This document shows positions 1-12,582 of a stretch of 32,500 nt of DNA, piece after piece. The notes under the pieces were generated by a model. It saw nothing but the letters and a program-made list of their open reading frames with translations, was not told the origin of the DNA and made no database searches. The stretch covers positions 38,129,628-38,162,127 of the forward strand of contig NC_068994.1 of the NCBI RefSeq assembly GCF_001194135.2, given 5' to 3'. Both the position numbers and the translations under genes were made by a program. The stretch's first letter is position 1. Each line of letters begins with the position of its first letter. This DNA is from Octopus bimaculoides. Its lineage: Eukaryota.

Positions 1-37
<37 letters not shown>
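1..37. repeat. (TA)n microsatellite
   Basis: Perfect TA dinucleotide run at the window start. Confidence 0.97.
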
Positions 38-41
<4 letters not shown>

Positions 42-905
42 TTAGACACACTCACTCACACATATGCACTCTATTAATGATTAGGTATGTTTTTGAAGTA
101 AAACTTTTAACAAGTCATCATATGGAACAGCTGTGAACTGAGACACCCAAGAAACATTGTAATATTTTCTTTTTAATGAAATCACAAATTGTGTCTGAAT
201 TGTCTATAATGAAACAAAGGGACTCCAACTGGTGTACTAGATGGCCAGTTGATAAGAGTTAAGTTTTCTTCTTGGCAGGAATTGACAACATACACAAGAC
301 TGAAGTGCTTAAAGATGCTCTGGTATAAAGTAGATAATTAAAGTTAACTCTTGATCAAGACACTTGATGGAATAGGAGGGTATTTTCGTAGGGCTTCTTC
401 AGGGTGCTTCTGCCTGAATTTGATGTTTATAAGGATATATGATCGATAGCCACATTTTTTTTTTCTCAGCAGAAGGAGATAATTTAGTGCAGTTGTTTGG
501 ATGCAGACAATTAGACATCTCTGAGCCTGTTTTTGCAATAGTACTTTTTGTCATGGAGGAAAACACCCACACTTTGTGTGCAAAAAATATACAGATACAT
601 ACTGAGAGAATGAGGCAGTTAGACAGACAGCGACATTATAGATTTATTAATTGAACACAACTGACATACACACTTTTCCTCTCCTTATACACATAGAGAA
701 ATATTCTCACAAGCATAAAAAAAGAAAGAGAGGTGAGAGGGAGAGAAGAAAAGAAACATTAAAATGTGAAAGACATTAAAACCTCTGGTGTCAAATGAGT
801 CAACAACAAATCGGTGATGCCGAAAAACGTAGCACCAAAATGACTGTGCCAAGACACTTTATATTTTTCTCTTATTTCATTTTTGTTTCCTTTAAGTAAA
901 TTACA

Positions 906-1221
906 GTGGAGGCGCAATGGCCCAGTGGTTAGGGCAGTGGACTCGTGGTCGGAGGATCGTGGTTTTGATTCCCAGACTGAGTGTTGTGTGTGTTTATTGA
1001 GTGAAAGCACCTAATGCTCCATGAGGCTCCAGCAGGGGGTGTTGGCGACCCCTATTGTACTCTTTCGCCCCAACTTTCTCTCACTCTTTCTTCCTGTTTC
1101 TTGAGTAACGCTGTGATGGACTGGCATCCTGTCCAGCTGGGGGGAACACATACACCATAGAAACTGGGAAACCGGGCCCATGAAACTGGGCTAGGCTTGA
1201 AAAGACCAAAAAAAAAAAAAT
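906..1221 (+). mobile_element. tRNA-derived SINE, full length, with target-site duplication
   Basis: A-box-like TGGCCCAGTGGTTAGG (918-933), B-box-like GGTTTTGATTCCC (961-973), central GATGGACTGGCATCCTGTCCAG motif (V-SINE-like), poly-A tail to 1220. Identical 10-bp flanks GTAAATTACA at 896-905 and 1222-1231. Confidence 0.9.
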
Positions 1222-1382
1222 GTAAATTACATAGGCCATAAACGTGTTCTACTCTGTATATGTATATGTCTAATTGTCCTGACTACTGAAAGTAAGATAA
1301 GACAATTGCTGTACTGATGATATCTATTGAGGCAGAAACATTTATCCACAGTTGTTCTGCAGACAATCAGACTTTCTTTTCC

Positions 1383-1621
1383 TTAAACCCTTAGCATTCA
1401 GATTGCTTTGTCAAATGTAATATTTATTTGTTTACATTCACATTTACTTGAATTAAAATCATGCATTATCTCATAGATTTGAGATTTTGATAATATGATT
1501 TGAAAAAATTTTTATAATGACATTGCAAGGTAGGTGTAAGAGGCTAGATTTGACTGATTTGAACATAAAACAAGTGGAATATTTGGGCTGGATATGAATA
1601 GTTTAAATGGTAATAGGTTAA
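1383..1621. mobile_element. piggyBac-like MITE (TTAA-flanked, degenerate terminal inverted repeats)
   Basis: Starts TTAAACCCTTAGCATT and ends AATGGTAATAGGTTAA, an imperfect inverted pair with TTAA at both ends. Non-coding interior of ~240 bp. Confidence 0.7.
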
Positions 1622-1660
1622 TGATATGTCAGTTTTAAAGAATTTGATTCCTTAGAATAC

Positions 1661-1716
1661 CTCCCCTATCATTTGGAATTGGTACCAGTTACCACCAAGT
1701 GATTGTCCTACTTCCT
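1661..1716 (-). CDS. Candidate short exon of an unidentified gene (xEVGQSLGGNWYQFQMIGE)
   Basis: Minus strand: ttattaccgcttccag acceptor, open frame, GAG|gtattc donor. The frame stays open up to 1810 (50 codons). No homology recognised. Confidence 0.22.
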
Positions 1717-2067
1717 CTGGAAGCGGTAATAATTTCAGCAAAATCAAGAATTCATTTTGCATGTTATTTTTGTACAGCTTAATTTGTCTTTGTTGTTCAA
1801 ACATATGCCACTATTCTTATCTACTAAATCATTACACACTTGTCATAAAAACCAACGAGGTTAATAAGTGCAGATTTGAGTAATTTTACCCTCAGACAAT
1901 GGTGAAAATTACATTTGACACGAATTCATAATGCACAGCTGAAACTGAGAAATGAAGAGTGCTTTTTAGATGAATATTTGACTAGGGCACATTTATATGC
2001 ATATTTTCCTTTACTTTCTTTTTTCTCTCCTTTTTTTATGATCAGTTTTCAGCATTACCATCTTGAT

Positions 2068-2303
2068 CAGTGGTTCTCAATCATTTTTTTACCTATAGAC
2101 CTCTTTGATTCCTATTTTACTCAACTAGATCTGCCCTAGCCATTGAGAGTTTAAATAAAATCCTTATGTTCTTATAATTGAATATTATTAGAAATTGTAT
2201 TAAAAAAATTAAGATATTTTGTGTATTGCAGAAATATACCCCAATTTAATGCACATACATTTTAACAACAAAATCGCATATGGACCCTGGTTCAGAACCA
2301 ATA
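2068..2303. mobile_element. hAT/Charlie-like MITE
   Basis: Left end CAGTGGTTCTCAA is a typical Charlie-type TIR. Degenerate inverted copy TTCAGAACCAATA at 2291-2303. An 8-bp TSD is not preserved. Confidence 0.6.
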
Positions 2304-2626
2304 GTCACAATTAACTTTTATACAATTTGAAAAGAAGTTGATAATAACCTGTGTTAGCAATAATTGGTTCAAAGGAAAGTTCTTAGAAGGTTTTGATATG
2401 TTCAGTCGATTTGATGAGTAAAGTATGTAACACTTTTTGGATCATACCCTGAGTCTTGGAATAATGAAGATGGAGAGAGGGTGTTCACATTTTGATCACA
2501 GGGCAACTATGTATCAAGGTATACATTGTCCAATGCATCCTCCTTTATTTAAGATGGCAGTGAATGATTTCAGAGAGATATGGATGTTACCATGCCCTTT
2601 ATCTGAGAAAGGAGAATATTGATTGC

Positions 2627-2710
<84 letters not shown>
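2627..2710. repeat. Compound (TA)n-(CA)n-(TA)n microsatellite
   Basis: Direct reading. Confidence 0.95.
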
Positions 2711-2713
<3 letters not shown>

Positions 2714-4300
2714 ATTGATACAATAATAGGATAAACTTTTATATAAGAATTTATCAAATAGTTATTGTGAAAAAATTCATAGGGAAGAATCTATTGTTTT
2801 TCCCTAAATCATATTTATCTATTTATATATATATAGGAGCATATCTATACAAGAAAGTCTCACGTTAACTACCGTAATATATATATATGTATGTATATCG
2901 TACATGTGTGTGTGTGTGTATCTCAGGGTGTATACCGTCCAACAAAATTTTCTTTATTTAAGATAGTAGGATGTTATTTCAAACAGATTTGGTTGCTTTT
3001 TCTTGTAAAATCAAACAACCAGGGAGAAGCTCCCGTTTTCTTTTCTGTGATTGATTTTGGTGTCTTGTAATAATGTAGCATATGGGGAACCATACCAAGA
3101 AAATTTGTTTACATTAATGCTGTGTTTGGCAGACTCTGAAGAATCTCACATGATGGATTAAATTTAGAGCTTTAAGCCCCACTAAATAGTTTACAGCCAT
3201 AGCCTTTGTCAGCTAAATAATCTAGTAGCCTTGTATTTGGCTATATTTATTTATCTCTTAGTGTTTTAAATCAACTTAGTGTTCAGAGTTTATCTTTTAT
3301 GTTACAAAATTAAAGAAAATATCGAGTTAAATGAAATAAAACTTTGAATTAGTAAGGTTAAATAATCATGCTTTCCTACAATAATACATATACATTTATC
3401 ATCATCATCGTCATCATCATCATTATTATTATTAGTGTTATCTTTGGCTTTTTATGTTGCTTTTACAGATTAAATAGAAATTGTATGTATTTTGCTGAAA
3501 TAGAATGGAAATCCTCTCATAAACAAAATAATCCTATCACCATTTCTATAATAAAGAAATACAGAAAAACGCTTTATATAATTTAATAAAATTCTTCACA
3601 TTTTCAAACTTCTTGAAATCAAAGAAACCAATATAATCTTAGAAGAATTTTATTTGCAAACACAGTTAAAGATTGTTGTTGTTGTTTCCTTCAATTACAT
3701 TTGAAACAAGATAAGATTTGATTTTTTGATTATTTCTATTAAATTCTGTCAATCAGCTTAAAGGAATGTTTAAAAATATATATTGTAACTTTAAGCACAA
3801 TTTTTCTTTTCTTTGTTTTCTTTTTAAATCAGAGAGATATTTTTCATTGAAACAAATGTTGTATGTCTCAACAAACATCATAAAACTAATTATTTAAGTG
3901 TGACAATAAGGAAAGTAGATATGATTTTGTATTTCCACTTTCCATCATCCATATCCTAAATGGTGTTGACAGTCACAAGTTTTCCACACAAACCTAATGA
4001 TGTAGAACTGATAGTGTTTATTTCCACCCACCAGCAGCAGTATCCCTAATAGAACTTAAAACAACACAGCTGTAGCTGAAAATCTATGGAAGTAGACAGC
4101 AGTATCATGTAACTACACATACACACACACAGGGAAAATAATTCACTTGAAGAATTTAAGTTACTTACAGTTAGAGGCTTTATGCAGTTTAGATTTTTGT
4201 TTTCTAAAATATAAAATATTGTTCAGAATCCAATTAAATATTATTGGATATAAATTGAATATTATTGTGTGCGTGAGTATATGCATACACACATGTGTAA

Positions 4301-4355
<55 letters not shown>

Positions 4356-4428
4356 TATACGTATATTTATACGTATATATATATATATAAGAGACAGATA
4401 GATAGATTAGATAGATAGATAGATAGAT
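4301..4428. repeat. (TA)n/(CA)n plus (GATA)n microsatellites
   Basis: Direct reading. Confidence 0.92.
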
Positions 4429-5116
4429 TCTTTTAGTGTGTGCATATATACAGTAGTCCTTCAGTTTACATGTAGCTCAGTTTGCACAGTTCCATTTTAG
4501 TAGAGTTTAATTTTTATTTTTTTTATTTTACATAAATAGAAATTCCACTTCATCATTTCCAATTCGGTTTTGCATTTTTCTTTTGTTCCATTTCTTTGAT
4601 AGTGAAAATAGACACCATCTCTAAGTTACAGTTACTTTCTATATTCTGTTAAATATTTTCGAGATTGAATAACAGTTTCAAATGTCAAAAAGCTTGATGT
4701 TTCAGGAAATGAAAAGTGTGTGGGGGGGGGGGGGCTATTAAAAAATTTGCACAGAAAAATGACAAAGGAACACACAAAATGTGGACAAATTTGTTCCTTA
4801 TCAGTTATTGGGCAAAAATCATCACATTCATGAGACAGTATCAATAAGATTGTTCGATTTGGTGGTAGTAATAGCAAAAACCAACTGGAATGAGTGAGAA
4901 CATAAAGGACTGTGATAAAAACAAATTATAAATGATGACAGAATAAGGACAAGGCATAATGGAAAATGATGCCGGTAGGTGGTATACATACATACATACA
5001 TATAAAGGCCTTTCAGCTATAAGACAGCATAAGTCAAGGTATGTTCAGAAGTAACACTAATGGGAAAATGTCCTATCAGAATTGAAAAGCAAAACAGAAA
5101 GAAAGGTAGAAAGATG

Positions 5117-5118
<2 letters not shown>

Positions 5119-5176
<58 letters not shown>
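5119..5176. repeat. (TA)n-(TG)n microsatellite
   Basis: Direct reading. Confidence 0.95.
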
Positions 5177-5606
5177 AATTGATGGCATTTTATATATATG
5201 ATATAGCCATCTGTGCAGCATGCTTGAATGTAAATACATTGTAAAAATGCAAATAAACTGTGGAATTTGCTCAGATATAATATCTCTTATGGATATGCTG
5301 TATTTAAAAACACAAACTATTTTGGTAGCAGATGAAATTAATATATTTTATAAAATGGAAATAGCTGAATTGAAAATATTAAACAGCTTAATATCAATGA
5401 AGCAAGTGTTTGAACAGATGAAAGTTTGGGAGAAAAAAAAACAGAACCAATAAAAATAATTGTCAGACTTTTGTAAAGTTTTAAATATCCAGCATACATT
5501 TGTAGTAACAATATGGAAACAGGGAAAGAACCTCGATCATTTTGGATAGAAAATAAATCCTAATACTGTCACAGTACACCCCCTACACACACAGCCACAC
5601 ACATAA

Positions 5607-5644
<38 letters not shown>

Positions 5645-5832
5645 GTTGTCTCCCCACAGTTTACAATATAGATTCTTCTAAGAAGTCACAGAGCAAATCA
5701 AAATCATGTAGACTTAGGGAAATACAACCAGTTTTAGCTGTCAGCAGTTCAAAATGCCCGATGAAATGGTTTGGTTATGTAATTCTTATTATGGAACTTT
5801 ATGTCATATAGCATAGTTATAAACACATAGAA

Positions 5833-6026
5833 TAAATGAGTTATACCTGTAATTCAACGGGTCAGCTTTGTCACATTCTATGTCACACTAAATCTCCCTG
5901 AGAACTATGTTAATGGTATACATGTCTGTGGTGTACTCAGCCACTTGTACACTAATGTCAGAAACAGACTGTTCCATTGATTGAATCAAATGGAACCCTT
6001 GTCATCGTAACCAACAGAGTGCCAGA
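5833..6026 (+). mobile_element. 5'-truncated SINE (3' half), same family as 26081-26407
   Basis: TTGTCACATTCT.TGTCACAC..AATCTCC.T.AGAACTA...TAA.GGTA.ACAT...CTCAGCCACTTG.A...TAAT...GGAA...TTGT..T..TAAC..ACAGAGTGCC aligns with the reverse complement of 26081-26250. Confidence 0.8.
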
Positions 6027-6039
6027 TTTTCTGTGTATA

Positions 6040-6412
6040 TCTTTTATCCTTTATTTGTTACAGTCTTTCAACTGTGGCCATGCTTGGGTATGCCCTTGAT
6101 GAGTTTGATCAAACAATTGACCCTAATACTTATTTTTCAGCCTGGTACTTATTCTATCAATCTTTCTTTTTACCAAACTCTTTTCACTTAAGGGTCATAA
6201 GCAAACTAACACCAATCATCAAGCAGTATCAAGGGAACAAACACAAACATAATTATACCCACACATATATATATACACACAATGGGCTTCGTTTATTTTG
6301 TATCAACCAAACCCACTCACAAGATTTTAGTTAACCTGGGACTTATATTAGAAGACACTTGCTCAAGGTGCCATGAAGTGGGACTGAACCCAAGATCATG
6401 TGGTTGGGAACA
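6040..6412 (-). mobile_element. tRNA-derived SINE (family of 16746-17099), degenerate
   Basis: Reverse complement of the head GGGTTCAGTCCCAC...GGCACCTTGAGCAAGTGTCTTC (6340-6410) and of the tail (TATCAATC...GTACTTATTCTATC; CTTTTATCC) seen in the + copies. Confidence 0.75.
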
Positions 6413-6492
6413 TATGACATACATACATGCACACAATTATTCATATACATGCATATATGCATACACTCACACACAAGTGTGTGTGTAAGTAA

Positions 6493-6754
6493 TGTCATAC
6501 GATCACATAACATATCAGATTATCAGATGTTGTTTCACATCGCTGGTCCCAATGTGCTATGCATCACTTTAGCTTTTGAATGATATCATCCTGCTGGCTA
6601 GGCAAGCAAGCCAACACCCCTCACTGATTGAAAGGGAGACTGGAGCAACATGAAATGAAGTGTTTTTCTTAAGAGTTGAACACGCTTCCCGGTCTGGGAA
6701 TTGAACTCATAATTTAGCAACTGTGAGTGCAACAGCCTAACTACTCGGCCATAT
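6493..6754 (-). mobile_element. tRNA-derived CORE-type SINE
   Basis: Minus strand: TGGCCGAGTAGTTAGG (A box), GAGTTCAATTCCC (B box), then CACTTCATTTCATGTTGCTCCAGTC (CORE-like). Confidence 0.75.
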
Positions 6755-7289
6755 ATTCTTCCAAATTATTTAACTCAGCACTGTATACTTTTCCTAATCA
6801 AAATGCTAAGTTTCTTTAATTCACTACTCACTCTCTTTCTACACTATTATTATGACAATAGATTCAGTCATGCTTCATTATTTCCCCTCGACTGCATCTA
6901 TATTCCTTTGTTTTGAGAAACTCTGTGATAATATAACACATCATGCTGTTTATATACATTCCAAACTTAATCACAGCTTGATGTTGTTTTCATGTAACTA
7001 CTGGCTTGGAACTTTGCCGAGATTAGAGTCAGTTATGACATAATGCTGTCAACAGTCTGCAAAATAGTTGAGAATTTTGCAGATCTTGCTTATTGTTTAT
7101 ACAGAGAACTTTTCTCCAGAAAAGAGATAAGGAAAGAAACAATGATTATTATATCTGTGGAAGAGATTTTAGATGATCTATGGATGTTTTTCTCTTGTCA
7201 CTTTAAAAAAAATAGTGTGTAAGCAATGCTCCATCCATCCACTTCTGTTACTATTAAAAAATAAAACTAATTATCCCTCTACCACTCAA

Positions 7290-7383
7290 CTACTGTTGTT
7301 GCTATTACTACTACTACTACTGCTACTGCTGCTGCTGCTGTTACTACCACTACCACCACTACTGCTGTTGTTGCTGCTGCTGC
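7290..7383. repeat. Compound trinucleotide repeat (CTA/CTG/TTG/CCA)
   Basis: Direct reading. It produces the poly-Leu and poly-Ser ORFs in the track. Confidence 0.9.
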
Positions 7384-8233
7384 CATCATTTTTATTTTCG
7401 CATTTAGATGCTTTTACAAAAGCTTTACCATTCTGCAATGAAACATTTAACTGTCGTAGATTTTCAATTTGGATAGAATACATACCTAGACCATTGGCTC
7501 CTGGATGCTGAATCAGTACAAGGAAATTCTGTGGTGCAATCCAGCTTTTAGCTTCAATACTCATACAAATATAGTCAAAAAATTCCTTAACTTGATCTCA
7601 CTTCAGATCACCAGAGAGCATAGATGTTATAAAACATGTAATAGAATTCCTATCACAGTTTCATACTTATATAAGGAATATCTTTAAAATTTCACTAATT
7701 TTGTTCATTCCATTAAGGCAAAATAGCAGTCAATCAATAGTAATAGTATCCCAAGATTCACTTGTAATTTCATGAATTCTTGTAACAGTCCAATGAAGGG
7801 AAACTGTCTAAGCCAGGTATAATTGCATGATAGATCATGATAAAAATTTTACAATGACATCAAATGGTTTTAAGACTTGATATTATTTGCACTGACATAC
7901 ACTAATCAATCAAGAGATTTTTAATGGTTCTGAGCTGCAAATGAGAACCCAAGAACAAAGGTACCAGAAAAGATACATTTATTAGCTCAGACACATTATG
8001 AAATGGTGCAAGGTACCTTATATCTAATGAAAATTATTGGTAAATGATCACGGTGGTGGAGTATTATCAAATAGCATAAAAAATTACAAACATACAGACT
8101 ACAAAAAAAAAAAAAAAACTAGATGAAATTAACTGAAAGACACCAGCAATAACCTTCAATTGCTACTACTGCCATATATGTGTGCCCCATATTTGCACCT
8201 TGAATTGATTTTCATACACACTTGAACACTTAC

Positions 8234-8265
8234 TCATGGATGACAGCACTAACAGTCATTGTAAG
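8234..8265 (-). CDS. Candidate micro-exon (LTMTVSAVIH+GA)
   Basis: Minus strand: tcttcttactcatttgttctag acceptor and GA|gtaagt donor. Only one of the three frames is open. Confidence 0.28.
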
Positions 8266-8750
8266 CTAGAACAAATGAGTAAGAAGATCTGTTTATGTAT
8301 GTGTATATCTTTTCTCAACATATTAATGAAAGATGTAAACCTTTGGCAAGAATACTGGTAACCCAATATATTTTAACAAAAATACCTTAAGTAGTATCTG
8401 TTTCGTAAGAGTTGGGTATATAGTACTTTCTCACTCTTGCCATAATAACTTCAATAAACCTATGATTGACTTGTCAGAAACCTGCAGCCAATAAAATTAT
8501 TGTTCACAAGTGTGGTGCATATATATGTATGTGTATACACACACGACATATATATATATATATATATATATAAATACATGTGTTTGTGTATATAGGCATG
8601 TGTGCATGTATATATGTATAGCAGATTAAAGGACTTAGAAATCTGAGTGGTTTCCTCATTCAGCACTCCTGTGAATACCAGGTAACAGAGTGCATAGAAG
8701 TGGACAGTTTTCCTTAAAAAAAGTATCTTGTAATATTACACAATCTTTTA

Positions 8751-8870
8751 GGGTGGCAAGCTGGCAAAATCATTACCACACTGGACAAAATACTTAGAGA
8801 CAGTTCTTCCAACTTTACCTTCCAAGTTCCTCTCTACCAATTTCATTCATAATGGATTAGTCACTTTGCA
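8751..8870 (+). mobile_element. Degenerate SINE head (family of 27578-27772)
   Basis: GGTGGCAAGCTGGCAAAATCATTA...GGACAAAATACTTAG resembles CAAACTGGCAGAATCGTTAGC...GGACACAATGCTTAG at 27582-27622. Confidence 0.45.
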
Positions 8871-10550
8871 GATATAGTATAAAATGTTGGCCAAAATGTT
8901 CCTGCGGTACGACCCAATGGTTCCAAAGAAACCTTATGGTTTCAAAGAAATCTTCTTTAACCATCTCTATGCCTATAGCAATATATGCACCTACTTTATC
9001 TGAAGAATAGATAATCTCTTTCAACTATAATCCATTTACCAATATAAGGTGCTCTTAAGATATTCATAAAATTTATTTAAATGTATTTCAGATTGCTTTA
9101 GACTGTTGCTCACATATACAAAATATATTGAAGTTACATACCACACATTCTAGACTATACCCACATTAATTAGACAACACACTGAAACCACTGGTCCACT
9201 TACATGGTACTTCTTCCTTTCCATCTTACTTATAACAGTTGCCTCCATTCCTCTGAATTAGAAATTTGCATACCACCCCCATTCAGGCCTACCTGATACT
9301 CACACCTTCCCCTTTACCTCATTTTATCTCTCCTCTCAAACTCTACTTTAAATATTTTTCCTAATCATTCTGCTTCAAAACTACAGCACTTCAAGAACCC
9401 TCTCTCTGCCTATACTTTTTCTACAGCCATTGTCAAAATGAAACCAAAAAGTAGTGTTGTTTTTACTATCATTAATTAATATTTTATTTTACAGATGATT
9501 TGTTTGTCTATAAAACTATAGTTAATAGAAGATTCCATTTAAATATCTTAATATTTGTCATATTTATGTAAGTATAAGGACAAAATGATAAAACTAAGTA
9601 CTTCAAATTCTTCTTCCAATAGTTTGCATGAAACTTTTTAATTCTAATACAAATTCATGTTTAACAAACAACTTTTCCTGTTTCACTTAAACATAGAAAT
9701 ATCTACAAAGCACCTCATATCATATTCATTCTGAGGAAATAACTGTTTTTCCTTCTATTGCTAAAAGCCATTTATTCTGAAATACAACACTGTTTTAGTC
9801 AAAGCTAATGGTTGAAAGGACACAGTTCAAAGTAGTTTTCTCCTTGGATATCCTTATTTATAGAAGTAAACTTGCTATTTCACTTACTTTATATGGCCAT
9901 TAAGTGCAGTTATGATTGTTTCTTTTCACTAGAAAGATGTTATGATTGGTATAGCAATTATAAAGCAAATATGATTAAGGAACGTAAATCAAGAAAAACT
10001 GGATCAATAACTTATTAAATTTAAAATCAAACAAGTTTCTTAAGATCAGAAATCCAGTTAGTGTTTAAGAAATCAGTCACAACTATACAATAACACAGTT
10101 TTCTTACAAAAATGTTAGCTTTTACTTTTTAAAACTAAGTGTTTAAGCATTCATATTATTACACTAAGCCAAAATTATCAAACCCCATAATTAATTTCTA
10201 AATAATTGCTTGATGTGCAATAATAGCTTTTTTGGTATCACAAGAACAAATTTATTGTTCCCAAATCAAGAGAAGATCCTCATCAAAGAAAAACAAAAAG
10301 CAAGAAAGAAAGGAAAAAAGAAAGAAAAAGATCTAAATTATCAAAAAGATTCAACTCTGTGGATTTCATCTTCAGACAATATTAGCATGAAGATTTATGT
10401 CACGGTTGGATAAAATTTGCATGGGCTGATTTCTGAATGCACAAAGACCATTATGCAACACATATGTATGCAATTTATATAAAATTATTGTTTTGTTCAT
10501 TAATATTTAACTAGTTTTTTTATTATCAGCAGATATCTTCACATATGCCT

Positions 10551-10770
10551 CAGTCATTTGACTGCAGCCATGCTGGGGGACTGCCTTGAAGGGTTTTAGT
10601 CAAACAAATCGACCCCAGGACTTAATGCTCTTAAGCCTAGTACTTATTCTATCAGTTTCTTTGCCAAACCACTAAGTAATGGTGATGTAAACACACCAAC
10701 ACTGGTTGTCAAATGATAGCGGAGGAAAAACACAGGAACAAAGATGCACGCACATAGATACATACATACA
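10551..10770 (-). mobile_element. SINE 3' half (family of 16746-17099)
   Basis: CAGTCATTTGACTGCAGCCATGCT...GTACTTATTCTATC...GTAAACAC...GGTTGTCAA is the reverse complement of the tail at 16926-17080 and 20673-20805. Confidence 0.85.
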
Positions 10771-12039
10771 TATGTAATAATGATAATATATATACATATA
10801 TATGAATATATGGTTACAGGATGTCAATAACTGTGCAAACAACATAATTTCTCAAATTTTCTTTTTTATAGCATATAAATGTCTTTATGGGGAAAAAATA
10901 TTGAAAAACATCAATACACGTGAGAGTGATAAAGAAACAAGTTGGGCTGTCTTTGGATATACTGGAAACAACTGCCAAATCGCCCTTAAATCACTCACTT
11001 TCCCCTCTGAAAATATTAACAATTTTTATTTTTAATTTTTACTGAAAATGCTCTTTTCGTGGTTTTGAAGTGCAAAAAATTGGCCAAAATAAGTCCAGAG
11101 TGGGATGATGATTTAAAAAAAAAAGAGTTTACAAAATATTTTTCATACAAAGATGCCCATCATTTCGAAGGCTGTGGTTTAAAGAAAATGAAGAAAATCC
11201 CTGAAAAATTTTCCCCACAAATTTCTTTATAATCGTAATATATGCTGTTTGAAAGGGATTTGTATAGATTTTCATTAAAAGATACATATCTTCCTGAAAG
11301 TTATGAGGGAAAAAAGTCAGATCGTGTGAATTTTCCAAAACTCCTCTCTCCAGCCCTCTGGAAAAATTCTTTCTCGTAAATCCCTATATACGCTGAAGCC
11401 ACAACAATGAAAGTAATACCTACTAAGCAAGTGAGCACTATTATACAAAGAATTAATTAGATGTAAAATATAAAAATTATTAGAAATGGAAATCAAATAT
11501 GAAAATATTATCAAGGGGCTAGCAGAAAACTGGCTGGAGGGCAGTCTTTCTGCTAGTGTAGATAATAAACATAGGATATATAAAAACCAGTACTTTGCGT
11601 AAAACAAATTATTACCTGCAATGAAAAGTAAACTTTGTTTGATAATAGAAAAAGATCACTGCAGTAGTAGCAGCAGCAGTTGTGGAGGTGGTTTGGTGGT
11701 GGTTGCTTAGCCCTAGGTTGGCCATCATCAGATACACCTGCCTGTGAATGAGAAAAGCAGTTCCAGCTTTGATCATGCCACTTTTTTGCACATTCAGAAC
11801 TGTATTTTCCAGTATGTCCCATTTTAAGATGGTTGCAAGCAGTAAGAGGAAGCATGACTGTTATTTTTAGTAGGTTGAATGACCACATAGAGATTGATTT
11901 TGTTTGGCTTGTTGCAACTGTTAGTTGTCATTGAATCTATAAAATAAAGTCCAAAACTTATCCTAACCTGCACTCAAAGAAGTGCATAATTAGAAAGCTG
12001 TAAACATCTGTAAGCTCAAGTAAACCTTTTCACAGTTAG

Positions 12040-12265
12040 GGATGGGAAATTGGCAGAGACCTTGCAGTGTTTATTCTAAATCTTTGCATTCTGAGTTTGA
12101 ATCCCATTGAGTTCAATGTTATCTTTCATCCTTTCAAGGCTAATACTAACGTACTAATCCAGGGAGATGGATTGGCAGGACTGTAAGAACATTGGATATG
12201 ATGATATCTTGTGGTATTTTTCAGGCTCTTAGCACTTGAGTTCAATTCCTGTCGTAGCCAATTGG
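12040..12265 (+). mobile_element. Two tandem degenerate SINE heads (Nin/Deu-type)
   Basis: TTGGCAGA...CTGAGTTTGAATCCC...TCTTTCATCCTTTC, followed by a second TTGGCAGGACTGTAAG...GAGTTCAATTCC. Confidence 0.45.
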
Positions 12266-12582
12266 GTGGTAGATGCAGTCAATTTCCTAGGTTAACACCA
12301 CCATTTGACAGCTCGAGTGTCTCTAGCAGAGCATATTCTGTTAGTTGCATGCATTCAAACCAGTTCTCTGGTTTGAGGATACATTCCTCACTCACTCTGA
12401 CCAGTCTCAGAGGCTCTTTGAAAGGTCAGTGACACTATTTCCCTTCCTGACTAAAAAGTACAAACAAAAGAAAAGAAGGAAACAGATTTCAAGTTCTGGC
12501 ATGAGGCCAGCCATTTCAGGGGAGTGGGTATGTCAATTGCATTGACCCCCATCACTCAACTGGTATTTATTTTACCAACCCC

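Noticed and set aside
906-980. tRNA gene
   Set aside because: A/B boxes are present, but there is no complete cloverleaf, and the sequence continues into a SINE body with poly-A and TSD.
4670-4734. LRR-like peptide NVKKLDVSGN next to a G13 run
   Set aside because: A single short motif with weak splice context and no neighbouring LRR units. Poly-G alone is uninformative.
7173-7511. Poly-Leu signal/TM-like ORF (+) and poly-Ser ORF (-)
   Set aside because: Produced by a compound trinucleotide repeat. There is no supporting gene structure around the repeat itself.
8625-8681. Plus-strand candidate exon IKGLRNLSGFLIQHSCEYQ with CAG|gtaaca
   Set aside because: The acceptor lacks a pyrimidine tract (it comes from a TA/TG repeat), and no phase-compatible plus-strand partners were found.
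9888-9928. Minus-strand segment with a good acceptor and a gtaagt donor
   Set aside because: All three frames contain stops, so it is not a coding exon.
11040-11385. Plus-strand frame with two stops (…ISPEWDDDLKKKEF…LKDTYLPESYEGKK…)
   Set aside because: Possibly an old TE remnant, but no family motif could be recognised.
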